A DNA stretch of 63,932 nt, filler included, from Octopus bimaculoides (taxonomy: Eukaryota), in NCBI RefSeq assembly GCF_001194135.2. It is 6 parts of 6 records of this genome, joined end to end, with 100 filler letters (N's around TTAATTAATTAA, not from the genome) between each part and the next. Parts side by side here need not be neighbours in the genome. Positions count along the whole stretch, not along the records: positions 8,747 to 27,479 come from NC_069004.1; positions 27,580 to 49,327 come from NC_068981.1; 4 more parts are not named here. The stretch is one strand, 5' to 3'. A program made the translations under genes and the position numbers. Shown here piece after piece: positions 26,091-38,029 of this stretch. The number at the start of each line of letters is the position of its first letter. The stretch's first letter is position 1. The notes under the pieces are model-generated. The model did not search any database. It worked only from the letters and a program-made list of their open reading frames with translations, and was not told the origin of the DNA.

Positions 26091-27260
26091 GTATTTCGAT
26101 AAAACTTTATTTAGCGTTTGCTTCCATTTAGAGATCTCCGAAGAGCATAAGCAATTGTAGATAGAGAAGCAAGGAGAATTTATTAAAGACAGCACGCCTG
26201 TTGGCTGGCAGCTGTAACGGGTCCGTGAGTTATAGCATACTTATTAGCTGAGTGGCCCTTTTTCTGGACGTGGTCTAAAATATCTGCGAACAGCAGTAGT
26301 ACAGTCTTAGATCTGAGAGCAATATTCCTTTTGTGGGTTTCATCTGAGTTTTGGAGGGCATCAGTTATTATTGGAGAATGAAGTATCTTCTTGCCCTGAA
26401 GTGAAGAGTAGTTGGCTTGCACTGCTAGCTCTGATAAGGATGTATTTTCACCAGTTTTCCTCAGCGACAGCCGAGATAAATGTATGGAGCAATTGTGACG
26501 GCTTTAGATGCATGCTGCTCTTGAATTAGATGAGTGTGGTACTGTATTTTCTACAAGTATCACTTGATGAGGAAGAGGAAAGGCGAAGTATGCCTGCCAA
26601 TAAATAAGTGAGTTAGGGTGGAGAATATTGTATGGATAAACGGGCTTACTTTCAGCAGGCTGTCAAAAGGCATACAGAAGTATACAGCTTTCGTGGAGCG
26701 GAGATCTCTCCTGCAAGGAATAAATCCAATTCAGATCTTTTTGTTCAAAAACATAAATTGTCGCCACCATGTTGGAAACCTCATTCCTCTAGATCAAATC
26801 TCAAAGTTCGGTGCTTTCCTTATATATCTATTTATTCATTCATTTATTTATTTATTCAGTTATTTATTTATCTTTATTTTTAGTTTCAGTAAAGGAGAAT
26901 TAAAAATAAAATTATGCAACTGACATGGAAAACAGAAGCAAGAGATTGGTAGGTAAGCGATGACGAAACAAACAATGGTTTCAACAGGTGTTGCTAGATA
27001 AAATCCTTGATAGATTTATATGCTTTTTTTTGTTTTGTTTTAATTGTCTTTTTTGTGCGCTGTGTGTCGTAATTTCTTATATAATAAACCTTTTTCCTAC
27101 GACTTCTCATCGTAATTGATATTTTAAAGATGTCTGATAGATATGTAGCTGTTAAGAGAGGCATTAACCTCTCGATAATTATATTGGTTATGTCATAGAT
27201 AAAGATAGTACGTGCCCACATTTAAACATGGCAGCTATTCTGGGTAGAGAGGGATAGAGG

Positions 27261-27342
<82 letters not shown>

Positions 27343-27479
27343 AAGAGAGAGAGAATGATAATCAGATGGAAAGTGAATCTAGGGTGTCGGAGATGCAGTT
27401 AATGAGATTGAGTTTCTAGTCGCGGACTCCTAAACTGGAATAATAATTTATTTATTAAAGCCAGTATCCTAAATGTACT

Positions 27480-27579
27480 NNNNNNNNNNNNNNNNNNNNN
27501 NNNNNNNNNNNNNNNNNNNNNNNTTAATTAATTAANNNNNNNNNNNNNNNNNNNNNNNNNNNNNNNNNNNNNNNNNNNN
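27480..27579. other. Artificial scaffold-join spacer
   Basis: N44-TTAATTAATTAA-N44. Confidence 0.9.
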
Positions 27580-28034
27580 GGATGTGCGGTTAAAAGTTTG
27601 CTTCTCTACTACATGACTCCGAGTTCAATCACCTTAGCACCACCAGCAAAAGACACCTTGGGTAGGTGTCTTTTTGTTATAGCCTCAGACCGACCAAACC
27701 TTTGTGAGTGAATTAGGTAAACAGAAACTGAAACCCTGTCGTATATATGTATGTGTGCGTGTGTGTGTGAGAGAGAGGGGGGAGAGTGTGCTTGTCCCCC
27801 AGTCCCGCCTGACAACTGGAATTGGTTTGTTTACGTCTCTGGAACCTAGAGATTCGGCAAAAAGAGACCAATAGAATAAGTACCAGGCTTTCAAAAGATA
27901 AGTACTGGGTCGGTTCATTCGACTTAAACCCTGCAAGGTGGTGCCCAGCATGGCCGTAGTCCAAAAGACTGAAACAAGTAAAAGAATGAAAGAATAAAAG
28001 AATGAAAGAATAAAAGAATGAAAGAATAAAAGAA
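27580..28034 (+). mobile_element. SINE family O, diverged full-length copy
   Basis: CACCTTGGGTAGGTGTC core and GACTGAAACAAGTAAAAGAAT(GAAAGAATAAAAGAAT)n tail. Confidence 0.85.
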
Positions 28035-28273
28035 TATGTATGTATATATGTATGTCATTATTCAGTTTTATTTCAAGATTTCTTGCCAACAGAGAAAGAG
28101 TTTGTTTCTAACCAAGATCCAAGACACCTTCATTGGAATTTCAACATCAACAGGGTATTTTTGTATGTATGTATGTATGTCTGCGGGTTTGTATGTTTTG
28201 TTTTATGTATGTCTTCTTATGCATATAGTTGCATATCTAGACATGTATGTATGTATGTATGTATGTATGTATG

Positions 28274-28300
<27 letters not shown>

Positions 28301-28304
<4 letters not shown>

Positions 28305-28619
28305 TTTCTTGTTGTTGCAATATAGCCCCAGGTCAGCTTCGGTCAGGCAAATAGACCTAACTAATCTTATAACAGTAATACATGCATGCATGTATGTATG
28401 TATGTATGTATGTATGTATGTATGTATGTGTGTATGTATGTATGTATGTATGTATGTATGAATGTATGTATGTATGTATGTAGGTACGTATGTATGTATG
28501 TAATTTCTTGTTGTTGCAATATAGCCCCAGGTCAGCTTCGGTCAGGCAAATAGACCTAACTAATCTTATAACAGTAATACATGCATGCATGTATGTATGT
28601 ATGTATGTATGTATGTATG
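28301..28619. repeat. Tandem duplication (period about 199 bp) of a retroelement tail fragment plus (TATG)n
   Basis: GTAATTTCTTGTTGTTGCAATATAGCCCCAGGTCAGC...CATGCATG occurs twice, identical. Confidence 0.85.
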
Positions 28620-29791
28620 NNNNNNNNNNNNNNNNNNNNNNNNNNNNNNNNNNNNNNNNNNNNNNNNNNNNNNNNNNNNNNNNNNNNNNNNNNNNNNNNN
28701 NNNNNNNNNNNNNNNNNNNNNNNNNNNNNNNNNNNNNNNNNNNNNNNNNNNNNNNNNNNNNNNNNNNNNNNNNNNNNNNNNNNNNNNNNNNNNNNNNNNN
28801 NNNNNNNNNNNNNNNNNNNNNNNNNNNNNNNNNNNNNNNNNNNNNNNNNNNNNNNNNNNNNNNNNNNNNNNNNNNNNNNNNNNNNNNNNNNNNNNNNNNN
28901 NNNNNNNNNNNNNNNNNNNNNNNNNNNNNNNNNNNNNNNNNNNNNNNNNNNNNNNNNNNNNNNNNNNNNNNNNNNNNNNNNNNNNNNNNNNNNNNNNNNN
29001 NNNNNNNNNNNNNNNNNNNNNNNNNNNNNNNNNNNNNNNNNNNNNNNNNNNNNNNNNNNNNNNNNNNNNNNNNNNNNNNNNNNNNNNNNNNNNNNNNNNN
29101 NNNNNNNNNNNNNNNNNNNNNNNNNNNNNNNNNNNNNNNNNNNNNNNNNNNNNNNNNNNNNNNNNNNNNNNNNNNNNNNNNNNNNNNNNNNNNNNNNNNN
29201 NNNNNNNNNNNNNNAAAGTAAAGTAAATATCATAAGATAAATATAATATTATATTTATCTTATGATATTTACTTTACTTTATATTATACTCATTTATTGT
29301 GCTTTTAATTATTAATTTTTCTATATGTGATAGTGGATTTTCATCGATGAGTTCTTGAAAATTGGTTATTTTCCCTAAAACTATATATATTTTATATATA
29401 CTTTATCTATAAGGCTCAATTTAATTTTAATTTTTTATAAATTGATTTTAATTGAGTTTTTTACCTGTAATTTTGGATTTTGTCCCTAATAATATTATAT
29501 ATATATATATATATACGTACACACACACACACATATATATACATATGTATGTGTGTATATATGCATGTTGTCTGTATATTTATGTATACATATATGCATA
29601 CATACATCACACGCATTTTTTACAAACGCACGCGCACGTATGTTCCAGCAAACTTAGACACACTCACACACATATCTGTATGTACGTGTATGTATATATG
29701 CATACAAACATACATGCATGCACGATGCACCCAACCTATACTATATATATGTATACATACATATATGTATTCATACATATAAGTTCACACA

Positions 29792-29836
<45 letters not shown>

Positions 29837-30822
29837 TTCCCGGCTCTTTCACATATAAACATTTTGTTTGATCCTTTATCAGTTTTATTTTTCATTTTAT
29901 TTTATTTTTACTCATTTTATTCCGTCCATTTTTTGTTTTTTAATATTTTAAATTTATTTATTTATTTATTTATTTATTTAATTATTTATTCTTGTTTCAA
30001 ATAAAATTCTTCTTCCTTCTTCCTTCCGATAGGAAAACTTGGTTCAGATAACGGTAAATAAGTGTCAACAACGCAACATCAACTAAATTTTAAAAAAGAN
30101 NNNNNNNNNNNNNNNNNNNNNNNNNNNNNNNNNNNNNNNNNNNNNNNNNNNNNNNNNNNNNNNNNNNNNNNNNNNNNNNNNNNNNNNNNNNNNNNNNNNN
30201 NNNNNNNNNNNNNNNNNNNNNNNNNNNNNNNNNNNNNNNNNNNNNNNNNNNNNNNNNNNNNNNNNNNNNNNNNNNNNNNNNNNNNNNNNNNNNNNNNNNN
30301 NNNNNNNNNNNNNNNNNNNNNNNNNNNNNNNNNNNNNNNNNNNNNNNNNNNNNNNNNNNNNNNNNNNNNNNNNNNNNNNNNNNNNNNNNNNNNNNNNNNN
30401 NNNNNNNNNNNNNNNNNNNNNNNNNNNNNNNNNNNNNNNNNNNNNNNNNNNNNNNNNNNNNNNNNNNNNNNNNNNNNNNNNNNNNNNNNNNNNNNNNNNN
30501 NNNNNNNNNNNNNNNNNNNNNNNNNNNNNNNNNNNNNNNNNNNNNNNNNNNNNNNNNNNNNNNNNNNNNNNNNNNNNNNNNNNNNNNNNNNNNNNNNNNN
30601 NNNNNNNNNNNNNNNNNNNNNNNNNNNNNNNNNNNNNNNNNNNNNNNNNNNNNNNNNNNNNNNNNNNNNNNNNNNNNNNNNNNNNNNNNNNNNNNNNNNN
30701 NNNNNNNNNNNNNNNNNNNNNNNNNNNNNNNNNNNNNNNNNNNNNNNNNNNNNNNNNNNNNNNNNNNNNNNNNNNNNNNNNNNNNNNNNNNNNNNNNNNN
30801 NNNNNNNNNNNNNNNNNNNNNN

Positions 30823-30858
<36 letters not shown>

Positions 30859-30859
<1 letters not shown>

Positions 30860-31956
30860 TGTTTCTTTATTGGCCTCATAGGGCTGAACACAGAGGGGGT
30901 AAAATACAAAGAGCTTTTCTTTTTGGGAGGGAAAGAAAAAGACAAAAGCGGGGTAGAATTTCGATCAAAAGGGATCGAAAAAAAAAAGGTGGGGAAGCCG
31001 ATCAATAGGAATCGTGTATCACAGAAATGTCATAGTGTAAAATGGGAAACAGATTAGGTTTATCCGTGGAAAGTAAAGCCTACGGAAAACACCACGGTAA
31101 CCTCAGGCAATAATGTCATGCAAAAAGCACATTACAGTAAATGACTCTCTTTTTTCTTTTCTTAGGACTCTATCAAGGATTATATCAAGATGGCTCCGTC
31201 ATTCACAACGTGCCATCCTTGCTACATTCACCCATCTTTTATTGAAATACTCACTAGATAAAACTTCCCTCTCTACTCTCAACTTCCTCTTCAAGTGATA
31301 CTTGAAGAAGTTGATGAAAGATTGACCAGAGAGGAAAGTGTTTGTCTCTAGACCTTTCAGACGCGTCCACCATACACATTCTTTCGCCATAGCCACAAGT
31401 ACGATGAAAATTGCTCTTCCTTCCCATTTCAAGGAAGGAGGCACGACAATATTCACGATAGACTCGGTTGATAAACTGACTCGTCTCACGCGATAGCAGT
31501 CGTTCGACATAGGCCTACAGGTCGGAAATAGTTGAACACTGTACAAGTGCGTGCAGAATGGTTTCGTCATTCTGGCCGCATCTCGGGCAGGTCAGCCCCG
31601 TGTTTCTCGAGTCATACCTGTAGAGCTTATCCCGAACGGGTAGCGCTTCTCGATAGCACTGCCAGGCCAGAAAGTCGTCTTGAACAGGCGGGTCAGGTAT
31701 TCCTCGTCGACGCCCAGGTTCACCCCGAGATTGTCGTCGTACCTCCCCTCCACTATTCCCCTATAGAATGCTTTGGTTGTGTTGCAGTTGCTCAAGGTCG
31801 ACTCGGGACAGCATAGTTGCTCGAGAGCAACGCCACACTCGCGGTGCCATTCGCCCTTCCTCGGCCTCTTCTTGATCCACGACTGCAGTTCGGTCGTGGA
31901 GACGAGCTGCGGGAAAGCGCGCCTCACAAACGGCGACCACACCTGTTCACAGTCGT
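30859..31956 (-). mobile_element. L1/Tx1-clade LINE 3' fragment (ORF2 C-terminus and 3' UTR)
   Basis: Peptide ...FIVLVAMAKECVWWTR...FINFFKYHLKRKLRVEREVLSSEYFNKRW, then a UTR ending AATAAAGAAACAT; (GATA)n on both sides. Confidence 0.8.
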
Positions 31957-31989
<33 letters not shown>

Positions 31990-31998
31990 GGGGTGAGC

Positions 31999-32040
<42 letters not shown>

Positions 32041-32204
32041 GAAGTGTGAGTTTATGTATGGCAGAGAGTAAGAAGTCGTGTTCAGAGAAGTGTTTTTGAG
32101 AATTAATGTATGCATCAGTGTATGTGTCGTGCATAAGTGCAGATGTTTATGTCTACCGGTGAATACGTTAGCGTGTTTGTGCGTGTTTTATACATATGCG
32201 TGTG

Positions 32205-32380
32205 TGTGTGTGTGTTTACGTCCCCGTAACCTAGCGGTTCGGCAGAAGAGAACGGTTGAATAAGAACCAGGCTTTAAAAAAAGACAATAAGTATTGGGGT
32301 CGACTCATTCGGTTAAAAATTCTTCAATGCTCTGCCCCAGCACGACCGCAGTCGAGAGACTGGAACAAATAAACGATAAC
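32205..32380 (+). mobile_element. SINE family O, 3' half
   Basis: GTTTACGTCCCCGTAACCTAGCGGTTCGGC. Confidence 0.85.
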
Positions 32381-32459
32381 GGTATGTATGTATGTATGTA
32401 TGTATGTATGTATGTATGATGTGTGTTTTCTTATATCTATATGTATACACGTGCTTCCT

Positions 32460-33205
32460 GAGGAGCTCACACATAGGATATTGTTCTCTTTACTTTTCAG
32501 TACTAAGTTAATGTATTTACTTATTGCTCCTGTTGTTTAGCAAGTGCTGTCTGGGAGAGACTACACAAAATTCGAAGGCTATCTGCACTAATCTCAAGCC
32601 CCTACCTCCTATATTTCTTCTTAGGTAGAACCTGTCAATATTACTATTCCTGTTGAGATTTCCTCTTGATGTTAGTATCTTGCGGGCTTTAACTTCTGTA
32701 GAGTGGATTTTTTCTAGAGACCAGTCAAGTATTCCATTTCAGCAGCCATCAGTGGGGAATAGAGTTAAATGCCTTCCTATAATAGAACCATACTGTTTCA
32801 AGGTTCTTACGAGGTTCTTTTCTTTTTTTTTTTTTTGTGACCTCAGACATTACAGCTTTGTTTATCAAAAGATGTTCGGCAAATCCTCATACTCCCTTCT
32901 TTCCACCAGCCTGCTCACCAGTCATTATGTTGTTGGACTCACAATGGTCCTAAAGGAATTGGTTGAGGCAGCTTGTGTACAATTTGTACACAATGTTTAG
33001 GCAAGCAATGGGCCAACTCGGTGTTTTCATTCTTGGCTACAAGATTTGTCCGAGCTATTGCAAGCCAAATCGGTGCGTCAACTGACCATCCATAGTGCTT
33101 CTGAAAAATATATTAGTGGTTTCCTGTAAAATGCTAGCCTCTTATACCAGTATCCAATTATTAGGTCCCTTCCAGATGCCTTCCTATCATACAGTTTACC
33201 TGCAG
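32460..33205 (-). mobile_element. R4/Dong-like RT fragment with internal deletion
   Basis: Manual translation: RKASGRDLIIGYWYK, PIACLNIVYKLYTSC, EQAGGKKG, HLLINKAV, YRKAFNSIPH, then directly RKILTSRGNLNRNSNIDR...GGRG. Confidence 0.85.
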
Positions 33206-33253
33206 ATATGGTATGTATGTATGTATGTATGTATGTATGTATATATGTATGTA

Positions 33254-33478
33254 TATAAAGTAGTTGTATACTGTAAACTTAACGTGACAGTCCCAATAAG
33301 GGAATCATACTACTGCTATTTAGCCCTAGGAAGCTGGACCGCTTGGCACATTTCCTGTGTCCTTATGTTTACAAGGAGGAGACAAGCACCTCCACTCAGC
33401 CTAGCCTGCATTCAGGGACATGTTTCTGAGTTTTTGCTCGTCATCAGCCTGAAGTAGCATGGCTGACAGTATACAACT

Positions 33479-33486
<8 letters not shown>
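33254..33486. mobile_element. 233-bp element with 21-bp perfect terminal inverted repeats, containing a hammerhead motif
   Basis: TATAAAGTAGTTGTATACTGT (33254-33274) and its reverse complement (33466-33486), within TA-rich flanks. Confidence 0.75.
33411..33453 (-). ncRNA. Minimal type I hammerhead ribozyme (palindromic stem III)
   Basis: TTCAGG-CTGATGA-CGAG-CAAAAA-CTCA-GAAA-CATG-TC-CCTGAA: 6-bp stem I, both core boxes intact, GUC site; C.A mismatch at base of stem II. Confidence 0.75.
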
Positions 33487-33522
<36 letters not shown>

Positions 33523-33524
33523 TA

Positions 33525-34200
33525 TAAGAGATCTGATCAATAAGTATCCGGACTGTTGCCATAGTGACGGAGCTAAAACACGCAGAGTGAAGCCGTTTGA
33601 CAGGGATTGACCTTGAACTCTGATGTGCATGCGCGCTAAGTTTTCACGTTCTAGCTCACTTCTGCTGTCTACAGCAGTGCTTGGAAGGAAGGTGTGCAGC
33701 GTGTGATCGTCGCATTGACAATGACAGAGAAAGTTGTAATGGTGATACCTGCTCAGAGGACTGCTCAAAGTTGCAGAAAGTATACGGAAAGGAGTGTATG
33801 AGCCGCACACAAGTGTACGAGTGGCTCAGACATTTCCAAGATGGCCGAAAAAATGTCAATATTGACGAACGTTCAAGGAGACCTGCAGCCAGCAGAAATG
33901 AGAAAAACATGGCAGATGCGCGTGCAGCTGTGAGAGGAAATCGTCGAATCACCATCTGTGAGTTATCAGAAGATGTGCAGATTAGTTACGGTTCAGTTCA
34001 GTCCATTATCACTGAAGATTTGGGTATGAGACGCGTGTCTGCCAAGTTTACGCCAAAATTACTTTCAGCTAAACAAAAAAGACACTCGGCTTTCAGTTGC
34101 ACAAGATCTCTTTCATTGTGTCGAGAACGATGAAAACTTTTTGAAAACTTTGTGTAGACCTCTGAGCAGGTATCCCCAAGCTTCACGGCCTTGGGCACTT
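33525..34200 (+). mobile_element. Mariner transposon 5' part (TIR plus HTH region), truncated
   Basis: TIR-like TAAGAGATCTGATCAATAAGTATCCGGA; KVYGKECMSRTQVYEW...ERSRRP...NRRITICELSE...LGMRRVSAKFTPKLLS. Confidence 0.9.
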
Positions 34201-35129
34201 CAAATTCGGTGGGCCCCTTATACACAAGAATTAAAATCTTAGAAAATTACCAAATTTAAATCTCAAAACCCATCTATTTCAAATAATTGAATTTGGTGAA
34301 TTAGCCAAGAGTTTAAATAAATGACTGAAAATGTCACTTTATAGATACACATTCGTTTTTCACACATTCACTTGTGATGTTTGACTTTTCCTTCATTGGG
34401 AAAAGTACAACGAAGAAGGAAAGAGTGGGGTAAGATTTTTTTACTTTTAATGTGAGTTACATAGTGTTTCAGANNNNNNNNNNNNNNNNNNNNNNNNNNN
34501 NNNNNNNNNNNNNNNNNNNNNNNNNNNNNNNNNNNNNNNNNNNNNNNNNNNNNNNNNNNNNNNNNNNNNNNNNNNNNNNNNNNNNNNNNNNNNNNNNNNN
34601 NNNNNNNNNNNNNNNNNNNNNNNNNNNNNNNNNNNNNNNNNNNNNNNNNNNNNNNNNNNNNNNNNNNNNNNNNNNNNNNNNNNNNNNNNNNNNNNNNNNN
34701 NNNNNNNNNNNNNNNNNNNNNNNNNNNNNNNNNNNNNNNNNNNNNNNNNNNNNNNNNNNNNNNNNNNNNNNNNNNNNNNNNNNNNNNNNNNNNNNNNNNN
34801 NNNNNNNNNNNNNNNNNNNNNNNNNGAGGGAGGGAGAGAGGTGGGGTGGAGATACCAACATTTAAAAAACAGGGATTTTAAAAATTCTTTTTTTATAACG
34901 GCTCCCCTTCATTGTTTTGCAATGCGTGAAGAAAAAAAAAGCGGGGGACAGGCACAAACAGTTATTTCCAAAAGTCTTTTTTCCAGTTTCCAGTAAGATT
35001 AGGTGGGTCACAATGAGTAATATTTACTGCATTTTTGACTTTGAAGAAAATATATTTTTTACAAATGTCCACTACCTTGTCAAAACTATATCAGCGAAGT
35101 AGACATTCTCTAAACGCAGTAAAACCTAT

Positions 35130-35420
35130 AACATATTCAGAACACTATTTCAGAAAATTATCACTGTTCTCTTTGAGCATATAAAAGACAAATTTAATTG
35201 GAGCAAATGTCCTTTCATTTCTCCAGAATTAAATTTGTAAAAAGAGTCAAAAAGAATTGTCACCCAACGCGGTATATTTAACTTCAGCAGATCGTTAAAC
35301 TGAGCTTGCATATCATTATGCAAGTTTTTCAAATGTTCAGTATGTAAGGTTATCATCATGCAGACTACTGTTGATTCCAATATACAATATTTATCTCCTA
35401 GAGCTGTACTTTCCCCAGGA
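35130..35420 (-). mobile_element. hAT (Buster/Charlie-like) transposase C-terminal remnant
   Basis: EHLKNLHNDMQAQFNDLLKLNIPRWV resembles HL..L..DM..RF.DL..L.IP.W..PF. Confidence 0.65.
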
Positions 35421-35525
35421 AAGCAGTAATAGCTCCTTTGGAGGATAGGAGAACAGAGTTTTCTCCTTGAAGCTGTTTGTTAAATTAATTTTATGAAATA
35501 TTGTCCCAAACTTTGGCATCGAAAG

Positions 35526-35910
35526 TTACACAAATAAAAGAACTGGACGCCATTGCATAGTGCCAAGGACTCCAAATTTGCCATCAAGATGTAGGACAAG
35601 ATACTGCAATAGCCTGGGCTTCAAAGGTCCACAGCTCTTCAATATCCTCCCGAAGGACCTGAGAGACCTGCATGCGGTGGATGTAGGTGTCTTCAAGACA
35701 AGGCTGGACCTCTTCCTGTCAGGTGTCTCAGATGAACCAACTTCACGGCAGGAGGCGCAGATGAGAGCAGCTGCATCAAACTCTCTCATGCACCAAATGT
35801 CAATTCGTGAAGTAAAATTGTGTAGCAACACCAAATGGCGGTGCCCCAGTGTGGCCACAGCTCATGAGCTGAAACTGGATAAAATGAAGATGAAAAATGA
35901 AATGATAAAT
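35526..35910 (+). mobile_element. CR1/L2-like LINE 3' end
   Basis: NSLGFKGPQLFNILPKDLR...FKTRLDLFLSGVSDEP C-terminal motif, then a short UTR and A-rich tail. Confidence 0.8.
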
Positions 35911-38029
35911 AAAATATATTACATTTAGCTGCAACTATTTGTTGGCTGAGATTGTTGTCAGCCAGGAATGAGGCAATAGTGTACCAAATTGCAAAAAAAA
36001 AATGACACAGACAATTACCGTGAATTACAAAGTATTCAGACTCTTCATTTTGATTACAGAATTCGTGAAAAATGCCGTCTTGTAAATATTACACTATTAA
36101 GGGCATTGTGCAGATGTGCACTTAATTGTTTTGCAAGTAAGTGTTGCTGGCGTTATCACACAGTGTATGCAAAATACAGCGTTTGTTAAATAGGCAATAA
36201 AACCTCTGTATCTGCCAATCATGGACGGAGCACTGTCATTAGTGCAAGCTATTATATTTCTGTTCTTTGAAATAAGTTACAACGTTTTTGAAAATTGGTT
36301 TGCCTTTAGTGTCTGGGAAGAGGTAAAGGATAGGGACCGCGCCCACCCCTTTCGTTTTTTTTTTTTTCTTCTACAGAAATCCAAAACCCCAAAAACACGT
36401 TTACAAAATTTTAATTTTAACCCTAACCCTCTCCACCTCTCTGGCAAAAGAAAAAAAGGGGATGGGGAAAATAAAAATTTTGGAAACGTGATTTATTTGC
36501 ATAATCTGTTTTCGTCGTTTAGGTGTTGTTTCTAGCATGTCGGGTTTTCTGTTTAGATACTTTTTATGTCTGCTATTTTAGTATAATTCTACGCATGCGT
36601 AAAACGTCAGACAAAAGTGAAACGTTACTAGAGAAAGCACTTAATTTCACTTTCTGTCACAGAAACGCGGGCGGTGGGGACGTTNNNNNNNNNNNNNNNN
36701 NNNNNNNNNNNNNNNNNNNNNNNNNNNNNNNNNNNNNNNNNNNNNNNNNNNNNNNNNNNNNNNNNNNNNNNNNNNNNNNNNNNNNNNNNNNNGGGGACGT
36801 TTTTTTTTTTAAATTTAAATTTTCCCCAAAAAATTTTTTTTTTTTTGAGAATCATTATTTCCATATTTTTCTATGTATTCTACCAAAAAAAAAGTTTTGA
36901 AAAAGTGAGAAATGAAGAAATTGAGGGTGAGGTGAGGGGAATTTAAATTTTGAAATGCCGATTTTTTTGCATATTCGGATCTCTGCAGTCGAAAAAGTGG
37001 GTTTCTGTACAAAAAAAAGTGGGTGTGGTCCATGCCCTTTATTCCCGCCAGTGTCTGTTTTAAGACATCTGGCAAAAAACATTTCCTCTCTGAATTTATT
37101 ACCTTCCAAAAACGATCATATGTCAATAAAATAGCTTTACTATTTCTCAGGGTAGATGTATCAGGTTGAAAAGGAAATTTCTGTACTTGGCTACTAGTTG
37201 CTTTTCTACATCTTATCCATTTCATCAACGCACTGTCGCACTGATGAGTTACTTAAAGGAATCTTACTAGTAATTTCATTAGCATTTTGTTTCATAAATG
37301 ATGAAATTATGACTAATACCGCTGGTAAAATGACAGTATTGCCAATGTTATGGGGTCTCCCAACGTTTGCTGTCATATTAGAAATTTCATAGGATGCTAG
37401 TCAATCATTTTTATTTTTATACAATTGATTACTAAATAACTGATTCACCATTTCCTTTTTTTTTTTCGATTTTTTTGCGCAGTCTCATGGCTGGCCGGTA
37501 ACGTATTTTTCTGCAATGTATGGATAATTTATCCTGATCACGCTATCTATTAGCATTATCACGCGTTTGAGAAAAACAATTTTTTCTCTATCTTTCAATA
37601 CATCTCAATTCTACTAAAACAAACTTTGTTTACTTTCATCGTGCGTTGAATTCTACTGGATTGTTTTACTTGTCTTTGAACTTGGTCTCTGACTGGATTT
37701 TAAGCTGAGCTGGCTTCATGCTACCATTTGACGACACATTGGTTTTGCTTCATTCTGTGGCGATAGAATACAGTCCTATGACAGATATTCAATGGAATAC
37801 TGTCAACATCTCTTCTTAGTCGAAGGGGCAGAATTTTGATTTAAGCATTCCTATAACTTTTCTATTTTTGGAATTTTCAGAAAAGTTTTGCGAATTTGTC
37901 TTCTACACATGAGAATTCAAAAGATTATGCAAATAAGATTTTTGTGTGTGATTTATGCAATTTAGCCGTTGTTTTTAGCACGTCGCCCAACCACCTGATA
38001 CCTTCGTCGTTTCTTTGTCACTATGATAT

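Noticed and set aside
29215-29280. Perfect 66-bp palindrome
   Set aside because: It begins exactly at a gap edge and has no mismatches, typical of a library or assembly fold-back artefact.
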